NCBI GenBank assembly: GCA_030448185.1
Contig: JAUJNL010000002.1
Coordinates: 26,925-90,924 of the forward strand
Direction of reading: 5' to 3'
Source of the DNA: Cytophagales bacterium
Lineage (GTDB): Bacteria > Bacteroidota > Bacteroidia > Cytophagales > 172606-1
DNA: 64,000 bases
The stretch's first letter is position 1; each line of letters opens with the position of its first letter. The translations under genes and the position numbers were made by a program. Below the pieces are notes generated by a model. The model saw only the letters and a list, made by a program, of their open reading frames with translations. It was not told where the DNA came from and did no database searches. Positions 23,938-33,063 of this stretch are shown here, piece after piece.

Positions 23938-24513
23938 TCAAACCTTCCTTTCGGATACCAGCTTTTCAATCACCCTGGGGAAATGTTCATGTTCAAGCAG
24001 CTGTACTTTGTGGGCAACGTCGGCGGCAGTGTCACCCGGTTCAACGGAACATTTTGCCTGAAAAACCATTTCGCCCTTGTCATATTCTTCGTCAATGAGA
24101 TGAATGGTAATGCCGGAAAATTTTTCTCCCGCAGCGACTATGGCTTCGTGTACTTTCATGCCGTACATGCCTTTGCCGCCGTAGGCCGGCAGCAGGGCCG
24201 GGTGAATATTGATAATCCGCCGGGGGAAGGCTTTGATCAGACTTTGGGGAACCAGCCACAGAAAACCGGCCAGGATCACCCAGTCAATCTTATGTTTTTT
24301 CAGTAGCTCAATTACTTCCTCTGATTCATAAAACTGGGCGCGGTTAAAGACAACTGCCGGTATTCCCAGTGTTGAGGCCCGTTCCAGCACTCCGGCTTTG
24401 AGATTATTCGTCAGAATAAGGGTTACCTCAATGTGAGAATGACTGGAAAAGTATTCGGCTATTTTCTGGGCATTACTGCCGGAGCCGGAAGCAAACAGGG
24501 CAAGACGTTGCAT
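23938..24513 (-). CDS. purN: Phosphoribosylglycinamide formyltransferase
   Basis: MQRLALFASGSGSNAQKIAEYF...WVILAGFLWLVP...INIHPALLPAYGGKGMYG...TIHLIDEEYDKGEMVFQ. The internal ATG at 24513 is preferred over the track start at 24606, because the extension overlaps a palindromic repeat. Confidence 0.85.
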   Translation of the reverse strand: MQRLALFASGSGSNAQKIAEYFSSHSHIEVTLILTNNLKAGVLERASTLGIPAVVFNRAQFYESEEVIELLKKHKIDWVILAGFLWLVPQSLIKAFPRRIINIHPALLPAYGGKGMYGMKVHEAIVAAGEKFSGITIHLIDEEYDKGEMVFQAKCSVEPGDTAADVAHKVQLLEHEHFPRVIEKLVSERKV

Positions 24514-24527
24514 GGGTGAATGAGTAG

Positions 24528-24547
24528 AGACGTTATGCATAACGTCT
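24528..24547. repeat. 20-nt perfect palindrome AGACGTTATGCATAACGTCT (one of two copies in the window)
   Basis: It is self-complementary by inspection. The 24-mer AGTAGAGACGTTATGCATAACGTC (24523-24546) recurs exactly at 41363-41386. Confidence 0.9.
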
Positions 24548-24771
24548 GAAGTGAGTGAATTTTCTGACAACTGGCAAAATTGCGCAGAAAAGCCCGGCCA
24601 GCGCAAGGCTAACCGGGCTTAAATTTTTGTAGGCAGGAAATCAACCATTCAGATTAGACTTGATTGATAATAAGATGAAGGGAACGTCATCGCTTCACTC
24701 GTGCCTCATTCGCAATGACGCGTATCGAAAATTGCCGTATCCGACATCCCCAATGCCACATTCGAAATCAT

Positions 24772-25716
24772 TTAGCTCAGCTGGGCGCCAACGCGTTCCA
24801 GCAGCGCTTTGGTTTTACGGATACCTTCCTCTTCAGATAAAGTACTCCCTTCGTATTCGATGCCCATAATGCCACGCCAGCCAGAATCCTTCACAATTTT
24901 GAGCATTTTGGCGTAATCGGTATGCGTTTCGTTGCCACTGGCATCAAAGTCGTGGGTCTTGGCGCTAACCCCTTTGGCGAAGGGCATCAGCTCTTTTACG
25001 CCTTTGTAACGGTCGTATTCCTCCTGGCATTTATCATTAGCGCGTTTAATGCAGAAGTTGCCAAAATCCGGCAGGGTGCCGCAGTTTTTCATATTTACGC
25101 CCTTCATCACCGAAGCCAGCCATTGGCCGTTGGAAGAGTTGCCGCCGTGATTCTCCACAATCACATTAATGTTGTGCTTAGCCGCAAACTCAGACAGGCG
25201 TCCTAAGCCATCAATAGCTGCCGCTTTTACGGCTTCCGGCGTGCCTTCACCCGCAGCGTTTACCCGGATGGTCTGGCAACCCAGAAACTTAGCCGCTTCT
25301 ACCCACTGATAATGATTTTCTATGGCCTGCGTACGCCGGGCTTTGTCAGTGTCCGCTAAGTGTCCGGCCGTATCAATCATGATCAGGTTGCTCCTTACGC
25401 CATTGTCATTGCAACGCTGCTTCAGTTCTTTCAGGTAGGTCATATCCTTGGCTTTGTCCTTAAAAAACTGGTCCACGTATTCCACAATGCTGATGCCGAA
25501 ATCCTTTTTGGCCATAACTGGAAAGTCTAAATTCGTCATCTTTTTGGCATTCAGGGATTTATGCAATGACCATTCGGCCAAGGAAATTTCGAAGAACATC
25601 TTTTTGGTAGGAGTTGTTGCAGAAGCAGACAAAGATTGGGGCAGAGCAGTAAAAACACCTATACCGGCGGTTAACTGGCCGAGTTGTTTAATAAAGTCAC
25701 GACGCTTGGAATGCAT
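24772..25716 (-). CDS. Sugar phosphate isomerase/epimerase (xylose isomerase-like TIM barrel) with Tat-type signal
   Basis: 314 aa, intact. The twin-arginine N-terminus is [31 protein letters not shown]. The body resembles the AP endonuclease 2/xylose isomerase-like TIM family. Confidence 0.7.
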   Translation of the reverse strand: MHSKRRDFIKQLGQLTAGIGVFTALPQSLSASATTPTKKMFFEISLAEWSLHKSLNAKKMTNLDFPVMAKKDFGISIVEYVDQFFKDKAKDMTYLKELKQRCNDNGVRSNLIMIDTAGHLADTDKARRTQAIENHYQWVEAAKFLGCQTIRVNAAGEGTPEAVKAAAIDGLGRLSEFAAKHNINVIVENHGGNSSNGQWLASVMKGVNMKNCGTLPDFGNFCIKRANDKCQEEYDRYKGVKELMPFAKGVSAKTHDFDASGNETHTDYAKMLKIVKDSGWRGIMGIEYEGSTLSEEEGIRKTKALLERVGAQLS

Positions 25717-25908
25717 AGAATTAGTAAGTAAGATTTTAAAAATTTGGTGAGAAAATAGTATAAAATCCTGATATTTTCAAACGTTACCCGGTAGATCCCA
25801 GGCCTAAATAAGCGTTTCCCCCGGCAAAAATGTAACTATTATTCCAAACTTTGGTAACCATCACCCGCTTAACCGGGTTATAAGGTTTACAGCACAGAGA
25901 AAGAATCT

Positions 25909-26829
25909 ATGAAATTACGCCATATCGGCTATGCTTGCATCAACGTGCAGATGGACATAACCACGAATCATACTTTCCGGCTGGCCCGGCTTAGTAATGA
26001 GGTAGTGCAGCAGACTGCCGCCCAGAATTTTACGGCTTTACAACAGATACTTGAATGGAACCTGCAGCACGGCATCCGGCTGTTCCGGATCGGATCTTCC
26101 ATCATTCCGTTTGCCTCGCACGAGAAATTCACCTTTAACTGGCAGGAAGCCTTTGCCAAGGAAATGGAATCCATCCGGAATTACGTGCGGCAACACGGAC
26201 TGCGTTTATCCATGCATCCCGGGCAATACACGGTACTGAATTCACCAAATCCGAAGACACTGGCCGATTCGGTGCGGGAACTCGAATGGCAGGCCCGGCT
26301 GGTGAGTGAACTGGATCCTGATCAGGGCGTGATTGTGTTGCACATCGGCGGGGCGTACGGAGACAAGGAAAAGGCTATTGACCGTTTTGCCGAACATTTT
26401 CACCGCTACCTGAGTGATAATGCTAAAAGCCGTTTAGTCATTGAAAATGATGATGTTACCTTTAACCTTGATGAGGTTTTGCTCCTGCATGAAATGACGG
26501 GTACGCCCATTATTTTTGATATCCTGCACCATAAAGCCAACCACATCGGGGAACGCTGGCAGGAAGGACTCCAAACGAAGTTAATGCAGGTGGTAGACAC
26601 CTGGCAGGGTAAAGTTCCCAAAGTACACTTATCCTCACCTAAACCCGGTTCCACGACTTCTCACGCCGACTACATTGAGCAGGATGACTATGATGAATTG
26701 TTGTTCTGGATGGGACAGTTCCGGCCCGGCGAAGTATTTGACCTGATGATCGAAGCAAAGCTGAAAGATAAAGCCGTACAGGCACTGTCCTGCGAAGTAT
26801 TTAATCAGGTGGACATAAGGGAGCTATAA
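25909..26829 (+). CDS. uvsE: UV DNA damage endonuclease (UvdE/UvsE)
   Basis: 306 aa, intact. MKLRHIGYACINVQ...TFRLARL, LFRIGSSIIPFASH, RLSMHPGQYTVLNSP, VLHIGG, LVIENDD, FDILHH. Confidence 0.85.
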   Translation: MKLRHIGYACINVQMDITTNHTFRLARLSNEVVQQTAAQNFTALQQILEWNLQHGIRLFRIGSSIIPFASHEKFTFNWQEAFAKEMESIRNYVRQHGLRLSMHPGQYTVLNSPNPKTLADSVRELEWQARLVSELDPDQGVIVLHIGGAYGDKEKAIDRFAEHFHRYLSDNAKSRLVIENDDVTFNLDEVLLLHEMTGTPIIFDILHHKANHIGERWQEGLQTKLMQVVDTWQGKVPKVHLSSPKPGSTTSHADYIEQDDYDELLFWMGQFRPGEVFDLMIEAKLKDKAVQALSCEVFNQVDIREL

Positions 26830-26919
26830 ACTTTGGCCTCAATTCCTTTTTGCCGAAATAGGGTAGTTTCAGGTGCGTAACCAACCCCGGTTGAAGAAAC
26901 CATCCTTGTTTTTTATAAA

Positions 26920-27075
26920 TAAGTAATTGAGGGGAGGTCCTAAATCGGATTACAAATCCGCCATTTCCTAGGTTCGGCATTGCAAATGCCGAACAACCAT
27001 CCGGTTGGTCCGCATTTGCAATTCGGACACCACGTGAGCTCGGATTTGTAATCCGATTTATGGCCACCCCTCATT
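26920..27075. repeat. REP/BIME-like cluster of four CGG(M)ATT-NNN-AAT(K)CCG hairpins, bounded by a perfect 20-bp inverted repeat
   Basis: TAAATCGGATTACAAATCCG (26941-26960) is the exact reverse complement of CGGATTTGTAATCCGATTTA (27041-27060). Inside are GTTCGGCATT-GCA-AATGCCGAAC (26972-26994) and GTCCGCATT-TGC-AATTCGGAC. The outer imperfect arms are TGAGGGGAGGTCC and GGCCACCCCTCA. Confidence 0.85.
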
Positions 27076-27227
27076 TATAACCGCCCCTCATCCAAATAGC
27101 TCAGGCTAATTACCTTCTTTCACCATCGTAACTGTACTACAAATATTCCCTTTGATCTTTTTACGAGTAACTACCCTTCACCCTTCTATCATCTTCATCC
27201 TTTCATCACTTCCATCAACGGTTCTGA

Positions 27228-28886
27228 CTACAATTCGGCCAGGAATTCGTGGACCATTTTGATACCATGGCTCCCTCTCCCACGGCAGAGGCGATTCGGT
27301 TCATGGCTCCGGCTCTGACGTCACCCGCCGCAAATATTCCCGGAATACTCGCTTCCAGCAGAAAGGGCTCTCGTTCAAGTTTCCACTTCTTCTTAAAGTT
27401 CTCGTAGCGGAGCAGCTCCCGTCCCGTTTCGAGATATCCTTTGTCGTTACGCACCAGGTTTAGCTCCATCCAGTCAGTACAAGGCTTGGCGCCAATAAAG
27501 ATAAATACCGAATCAGCCGGAACGTTTTCTTTAGAGCCCGTTTTGATGTTTTCAACCGTAATCTTTTCCAGTCTGCCATCGCCGTGCATTTCCGTCAGGA
27601 CCATATAACCGCATACCTTAATGTTATTGGTAACATTGATCTGGTCGATCAGATACTGCGACATGGTGGCACTCAGATCGGGCTTGGTGGATGAGAATAT
27701 GCACACTACGGGCATATTTGGAAAGATACATGGCTGCCTGACCAGCTGAATTACCGCCGCCCACCACGTACACATCCTTATTGCTGCAGGCAAAGGCTTC
27801 CGTGTTTGCGGCCCCATAGTATACCCCGGCACCCGTAAACTGATCTTCATTTTTAGCGCCCAACTGCCGGTAGCTGACGCCGGTGGTAATGACTACACTT
27901 TTGGCCGTGATTTCGGAACCATCCACCAGTTTAATAATTTTATACTTGTCCTGAGCCGGATCTCGGCTACTTCCTGGGGAGCCAGAAACTCAGCTCCAAA
28001 CCGCTGTACCTGCGAAATAGCCCGCTGGGTAAGTTCGGCTCCACTTAAACCGTTGGGGAAACCCAGGTAGTTTTCGATTCGGGAGAGGTACCGCTTGTCC
28101 GCCGGGAGCCCGCCGTTCAATCAGCAACGTTTTTAATCCTTCCGAAGCACCATACACGCCGGCAGCCAATCCGGCCGGACCCGCACCGATGATGACCACG
28201 TCGTATAACTGCTCAGCGGCCTGGGACTTCAGACCTACTTTGTTGCCAATAGTAGCAAGGTCAGGTTTCACCAGGTTCGAACCATCTTCAAAAAACAGGA
28301 TGGGCAGGTCTTTTTCGGTAAGGTTAGCTAAGTCCAGCAGTTCTTTCGCTTTTGCGCTGTTTTCCATGTCCAGCCAGGAGTAAGGAACCAGATTGCCGCC
28401 AGAAAGTCTTTGATAATATGCGTTTGCGGCGACCCACTGGTAGCCGGCCAGGCGGATATTAGCTAAATCGCCGGTGGAGGTTTTGCCATTCGTCGAGCTG
28501 GTCGTCGAGTACCGGGTACAGTTTTTCTTCGGGCGGGTCCCAGGGCTTCATCAGGTAGTAGTCAAGCTGCACCTCGTTGATGGCCCGAATCGCTGCATTG
28601 GTATCGGAATAGGCAGTTAGTAATATTCGCTTGGCATCGGGAAAATGTTCCTGGGCCTGTTGCAGAAAATCTACGCCCAGCATACCGGGCATCCGTTGAT
28701 CCGACACAAATAGCGCAACTGTTTCATTCCGGAGTTTAAGTTCTTGTACCGTTTTCAGGGCTTCTTCACCGGAAGCGGCGCTTAGAATCCGTAGTAGTCG
28801 CGTCGGTACTTGCTGCGCAGGTCGCGTTCGATGGCACGTAGTACTTGGGCATCGTCGTCAATAACGAGTATAATGGGAAGTGTCAT
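27228..28886 (-). CDS. Fused response regulator / thioredoxin-disulfide reductase, frame broken at least 5 times
   Basis: Hand-translated start MTLPIILVIDDDAQVLRAIERDLRSKY. The receiver continues in ORF 28459-28707 (SDQRMPGMLGVDFL...LLTAYSD...YLMKPWDP). The FAD/NAD part is in 27990-28367 (YDVVIIGAGPAGLAAGVYGASEGLKTLLIE), 27893-28120, 27624-27926 and 27215-27850 (IFAAGDVRAGAMNRIASAVGEGAM). The end is restored as MVSKMVHEFLAEL-stop (27228) if an A-run gains one base. Confidence 0.8.
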
Positions 28887-28950
28887 ATGGGCTGGCTAAG
28901 TGGTAACTGGGTGAGTAAGTTACAATTTTTTCAATTAGCCCGGTAACAAT

Positions 28951-28983
28951 GAAAAAGACAGGGCCCCCGCACCTGTCTTTTTG
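28951..28983 (-). terminator. Rho-independent terminator (bidirectional shape) after the 29074-29505 gene
   Basis: AAAGACAGG (28954-28962) pairs with CCTGTCTTT (28972-28980), with loop GCCCCCGCA. An A-run lies on one side and a T-run on the other. Confidence 0.65.
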
Positions 28984-28986
28984 AGT

Positions 28987-29074
28987 AATGGTAAATTTTG
29001 AATGCTAAATGCTCAATGGATGAGAAATGAGTAGATGATTACGTTTTAATTTACCCTTTACCCTTTAGCATTTC
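28987..29074. repeat. Low-complexity imperfect hairpin (AATGCTAAATG-type arms)
   Basis: Left arm AATGGTAAATTTTGAATGCTAAATGCTCAATGG. Right arm TTAATTTACCCTTTACCCTTTAGCATTTC. GGTAAATT pairs with AATTTACC, and AATGCTAAA pairs with TTTAGCATT. Confidence 0.7.
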
Positions 29075-29505
29075 TATTGCACGGAAGCCACCCGGGTCGT
29101 AACCGTTTCTACCGAAATGGTTTGTTTATGCGTTTCTTTACCACTGGTAATCTCAAACGTATAATCGCCATCGGCGAGGCCAGACAGGTCAAACCGGCGG
29201 ATATAAGTAGCCATTCTACCGGGTTTGTCTTCGTATACCAAGTCGTTACTGGCATTTTTGATCATTACCCGAATATCTTTGCCGGAAGGGTTTTTAATAA
29301 TGGCTTTAAATTTCATCGTGTTCTCCAGCCGGAACACCACTGCCTTCATAGAAGCCGTGGCACTGGCTTCCTGAGTGGGTTTTTCCGGACCGTTCAAAGC
29401 TGCCGGTGCAGCAGCGGCCAGCGTGCCCGCTATGCCAATGGTAGCTACAAACAAAGAAGCTTTCCGGAAACTATTTCCTAAAGAGCTGAACAAAGAAGTT
29501 TTCAT
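29074..29505 (-). CDS. Hypothetical small secreted protein
   Basis: The internal ATG gives MKTSLFSSLGNSFRKASLFVATIGIAGTLAAAAPAA, which is signal-like. A beta-rich body follows (KAVVFRLENTMKFKAIIKNPSGKDIRVMIKN...DGDYTFEITSGKETHKQTISV). No family recognised. Confidence 0.5.
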   Translation of the reverse strand: MKTSLFSSLGNSFRKASLFVATIGIAGTLAAAAPAALNGPEKPTQEASATASMKAVVFRLENTMKFKAIIKNPSGKDIRVMIKNASNDLVYEDKPGRMATYIRRFDLSGLADGDYTFEITSGKETHKQTISVETVTTRVASVQ

Positions 29506-29774
29506 GGTGTGGGTGTTTAAAATGAGTGTATTGTTTGTGTGTTTGACTATAAGATGCAGCTTCCATGCCTCACGTTGCAGCACGCCTCAAAATCTCCGCT
29601 ACAAAGGGTTGAGTGGCAGCATTCAGGATACAAACGGACGAAAAAGCACACAAACAGGACGGGGTGGCACTGAGCCCTAAAAATAGTTTCTGGTCCAATA
29701 GCAATAGTGTGACCTTTTTCGGACATTTTAGGGACCGAATACGAACACCTTATTATTGGTTTATTTCCTCTTCC

Positions 29775-31277
29775 ATGCCCAAACGCGTTCTTTTATCTAT
29801 TATTACCGGCTGCCTGGCCACATGCTTCTTATTTACGGACCGAGCAATTTCGCAGTCCACCGATGCCTGGACCCGGCAGGATTCTCTCGGGAAAGACTCT
29901 TCAACTGCGTATCATTTATCCCGCTGGACCCTTACAGCTGGTACCATAGCCACCGTAGCGGACCGGAATCACCAGCCATTGTGGCTGGTAGCCAATCGTT
30001 ATGGTACGCTCAGTGATGAGCAGGCTGATCTTGCCACTTTTGCCGGAGCCCGGGGCAGCTACCATTGGGGGAAGCATCGGGTCGTCAGCGGGGGACTGAA
30101 AGTATACTTTAACCGGCATTTCTCGCATGCTTTTATCGAACAGGGATACGCAACAGTGGGCTACCGGAATTGGCAGCTGAGCGGCGGCCGGTTTGAGCAG
30201 ACAACCGGTGAGGTGAATCCGTCACTTTCGGGTGGTTCTTTCGGGATCAGCCGCAATGCCTTACCCGTTCCTAAAATCCTCCTTTCTACCGCTGGTTACG
30301 TACCAGTGCCCTTTACCCGTAACTGGGTGCGGGTGAAGGGCCGATTCGGACACGGCTGGCTTGGAAGGCAGCAATACGTGCAGAATGCCTTTTTACACGA
30401 AAAATCCTTTTACGTAAGGATCGGCCGGGAAAAATGGAGTTTGCACGGAGGGATCAATCATTTTGCCCAGTGGAGCGGACAACACCCACAGGGAAAAATG
30501 CCTTCCCGTTTCAAAGATTATCTTCGAATACTTACGGGCAGCAGCGGTGATGCCGGGGACCGGGTGTACCAGGAAGGTCCCATTGATATTGCCAATGCGG
30601 TAGGCAACCACCTGGCGGTTTTCGACTTCGGAGTTAATCTGCAGGTCCGGCAGTCCTCATTTAAACTGTACACCCAAACCCTATTTGAGCGGGGTACTGC
30701 CCAGGTAGCCGATCAGCGGGACCGTATCGTTGGGTTTAAGCTCTTTGGCCCGGATCGGCTGGCGGGGATAAGCTGGGAAAACGGGCAAAACTTTTTATTA
30801 AAAGCGGTAGTAATTGAATGGCTGAATACCAGACATCAGGGTGGTTCCGTTATTTTTGTGGGCCGCGATAATTATTATAATCATACCATTTACCGTACGG
30901 GCTGGGTGTACCAGAATGCGATCATCGGTACGCCGCTTTTCATTACGCAAACCAGGGCCGGGCATTACAAGCTCCCTCAAGAAAGGGTCGGTGACCAGAA
31001 TATAGTAAGCAACCGCATCACTGGGGGGCACCTGGGGCTCAAAGGGCAAGTGAACGAGAAGATTGGGTGGCGTACCCTATTTACGTACCTGCGGCACTAT
31101 GGTAATTATTATAATGAAGCTTTTATCCCGGCTAAAACGCAGGGGCATCTCTTGCAGGAGTGTACTTGGGAGATGGGAAAAGGATTCACGGGTACGGCTG
31201 CCCTGGGTTACGATTTTGGTGACTTATCGGCTAACCTAGGTGGCATGCTGGGTATGCAGTGGACCGTGGGAAAGTGA
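29775..31277 (+). CDS. Outer-membrane beta-barrel-like protein, possibly capsule-assembly Wzi family
   Basis: Intact ORF. The internal ATG gives a signal-like MPKRVLLSIITGCLATCFLFTDRAISQ. The body is rich in alternating aromatic/Gly strands. The Wzi assignment is from memory of Bacteroidota annotations only. Confidence 0.4.
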   Translation: MPKRVLLSIITGCLATCFLFTDRAISQSTDAWTRQDSLGKDSSTAYHLSRWTLTAGTIATVADRNHQPLWLVANRYGTLSDEQADLATFAGARGSYHWGKHRVVSGGLKVYFNRHFSHAFIEQGYATVGYRNWQLSGGRFEQTTGEVNPSLSGGSFGISRNALPVPKILLSTAGYVPVPFTRNWVRVKGRFGHGWLGRQQYVQNAFLHEKSFYVRIGREKWSLHGGINHFAQWSGQHPQGKMPSRFKDYLRILTGSSGDAGDRVYQEGPIDIANAVGNHLAVFDFGVNLQVRQSSFKLYTQTLFERGTAQVADQRDRIVGFKLFGPDRLAGISWENGQNFLLKAVVIEWLNTRHQGGSVIFVGRDNYYNHTIYRTGWVYQNAIIGTPLFITQTRAGHYKLPQERVGDQNIVSNRITGGHLGLKGQVNEKIGWRTLFTYLRHYGNYYNEAFIPAKTQGHLLQECTWEMGKGFTGTAALGYDFGDLSANLGGMLGMQWTVGK

Positions 31278-31610
31278 GTGGATGAGTTTATGAGGTAAGA
31301 AGTAGGAAGTAAGAGGTAGGCGTAAATGAGTAAGATGAGTTGAAAGTATAAGAGTTAAAAGGGATAAGCAACGCATCAAGCCTATATCCTCATAAACTTA
31401 GTTTACCCAGTCACTTTTAACTCATTTGGCTGCTTATTTTTATGTAACACTTGTTTTTAGTTACCTTTACTGCATATAATCCAATCGAGTATCCATACCT
31501 AATTAAGTATAAAATCGGATCTAAATAGGTGTTCAATTCTCAAATGTTTACCTGTTGTCCATCATTTTACATTGTCCATTTATTTAATTCTTTCTTTGTA
31601 ACCCATTACA

Positions 31611-32767
31611 ATGGCGACTACGCAAACGTCCTCTCCGGCCAGAAGCCGGTTTACTCACTGGCTGCGGAGACCAAGCGGCACCCGTACACCCAAAAGTCCC
31701 TTTCGCGAATGGCTTGATTCAATCCTGTTTGCGGTAATTGTGGCTTCCCTGGTTCACTGGTTAATCATACAGCCTTTCACGATTCCCACTTCTTCCATGG
31801 AGAATTCCTTGCTGGTAGGCGATTATTTGTTCGTAAGTAAGTTTCACTACGGAGCCCGGATTCCCCGGACCATTCTGCAGGTGCCGCTTACCCACCAGAC
31901 TATCTGGGGAACCAATATTCCCTCGTACCTGGATTGGATCTACCTGCCTTATATGCGCCTGCCTGGTTTTTCGAAGATCAAGAACAATGATGTGGTGGTA
32001 TTTAATTATCCCATGGAGTTGCAATACCCTTCTGATCTGAAGATCTGAAGACCAACTACATTAAGCGGTGCATTGGTATTGCCGGTGACAGCCTCCGGAT
32101 TGTGGATCAGCAGGTGTATATTAACGGAAAGGCTCTGGAGAACCCCAAGCAGATGCAGACTAGTTATATAATCGAAACGCCTGAAAGAATCAGTGACCGG
32201 GTATTTTTCCGGTACAAACTGAATATTGAAGACATTCAGAACATGGGGAATGGCTATGTGGTCAATACCACAAATGAAACGGCCGCCAAACTAAAGGAAC
32301 TGTCCTTTATAAAAAGCATTACCAAAGTCACGGTTGATAAAGACTCAAGCGGCAGCAACAGCCGGGGCGTTTTCCCTAGCGACTCCAGATACAACTGGAC
32401 CGTTGATAATTTCGGTACCTTATACATTCCCAGAGAGGGCGACAAGATAAAATTGGATGAGAATACCCTGCCGCTTTACCAGTTTGCCATCCTGAACTTT
32501 GAAGGCAATGAAGATGCTAAGGTAGAGAATGGCAAGCTTTATATGAATGGAAGGGAAGTTTCAGAGTACACTTTCAAGCAGAATTACTATTTCATGATGG
32601 GCGACAACCGGCACAATTCGCTGGATTCCCGTTACTGGGGATTTGTGCCCGAAGACCACATCGTAGGAAAGGCTTTGTTCGTATGGTGGTCAGTGGATAA
32701 GTTTGCCAGCTGGTTTGATATCGGTGAAAAAATCCGGTGGAACCGTTTGTTTAGCAGCATCGACTGA
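31611..32767 (+). CDS. lepB: Signal peptidase I, split by an 8-bp tandem duplication at 32034-32049
   Basis: ORF 31611-32048 (TM segment ILFAVIVASLVHWLIIQPF; catalytic-Ser box PTSSMENSLLVGDYLFVSKFHYG) and ORF 32102-32767 (GDNRHNSLDSRYWGFVPEDHIVGKALFVWWS). Removing one GATCTGAA copy restores ...YPSDLKTNYIKRCIGIAGDSLRIVDQQVYINGK. Confidence 0.85.
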
Positions 32768-32790
32768 TAATAAAGCACTTCGTATTTGGA

Positions 32791-32824
32791 AGCCCGGCAG
32801 ATGTTGATTTGCCGGGCTTTTTTA
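32791..32824 (+). terminator. Rho-independent terminator after lepB
   Basis: AGCCCGGCA (32791-32799) pairs with TGCCGGGCT (32810-32818), followed by TTTTTT. Confidence 0.75.
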
Positions 32825-33063
32825 TGCTTTATCCATTGTCATATATCAACGTTATGCAAGCCAATGAAACAGTGATCTTCTTGGCGCTCTTTGCGTAAAA
32901 CTTTGCGCCTTTGCGTGAAAATGATAAAAAGGCCTTGTCAAACATCAATCTCAAAATCGCCGTCATTCGGGCAAATCCGGAACTTATCCCGTAGTGTGTC
33001 GTACACGTATAAAACATCACCCTAAGGGGCAGAAGACATTTCTTTCACACTAATTCCTAAAAC

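Noticed and set aside
26801-27067. ORF 26801-27067 (minus, 88 aa)
   Set aside because: It lies entirely within the palindromic REP-like cluster downstream of uvsE. Its amino-acid sequence mirrors the repeats.
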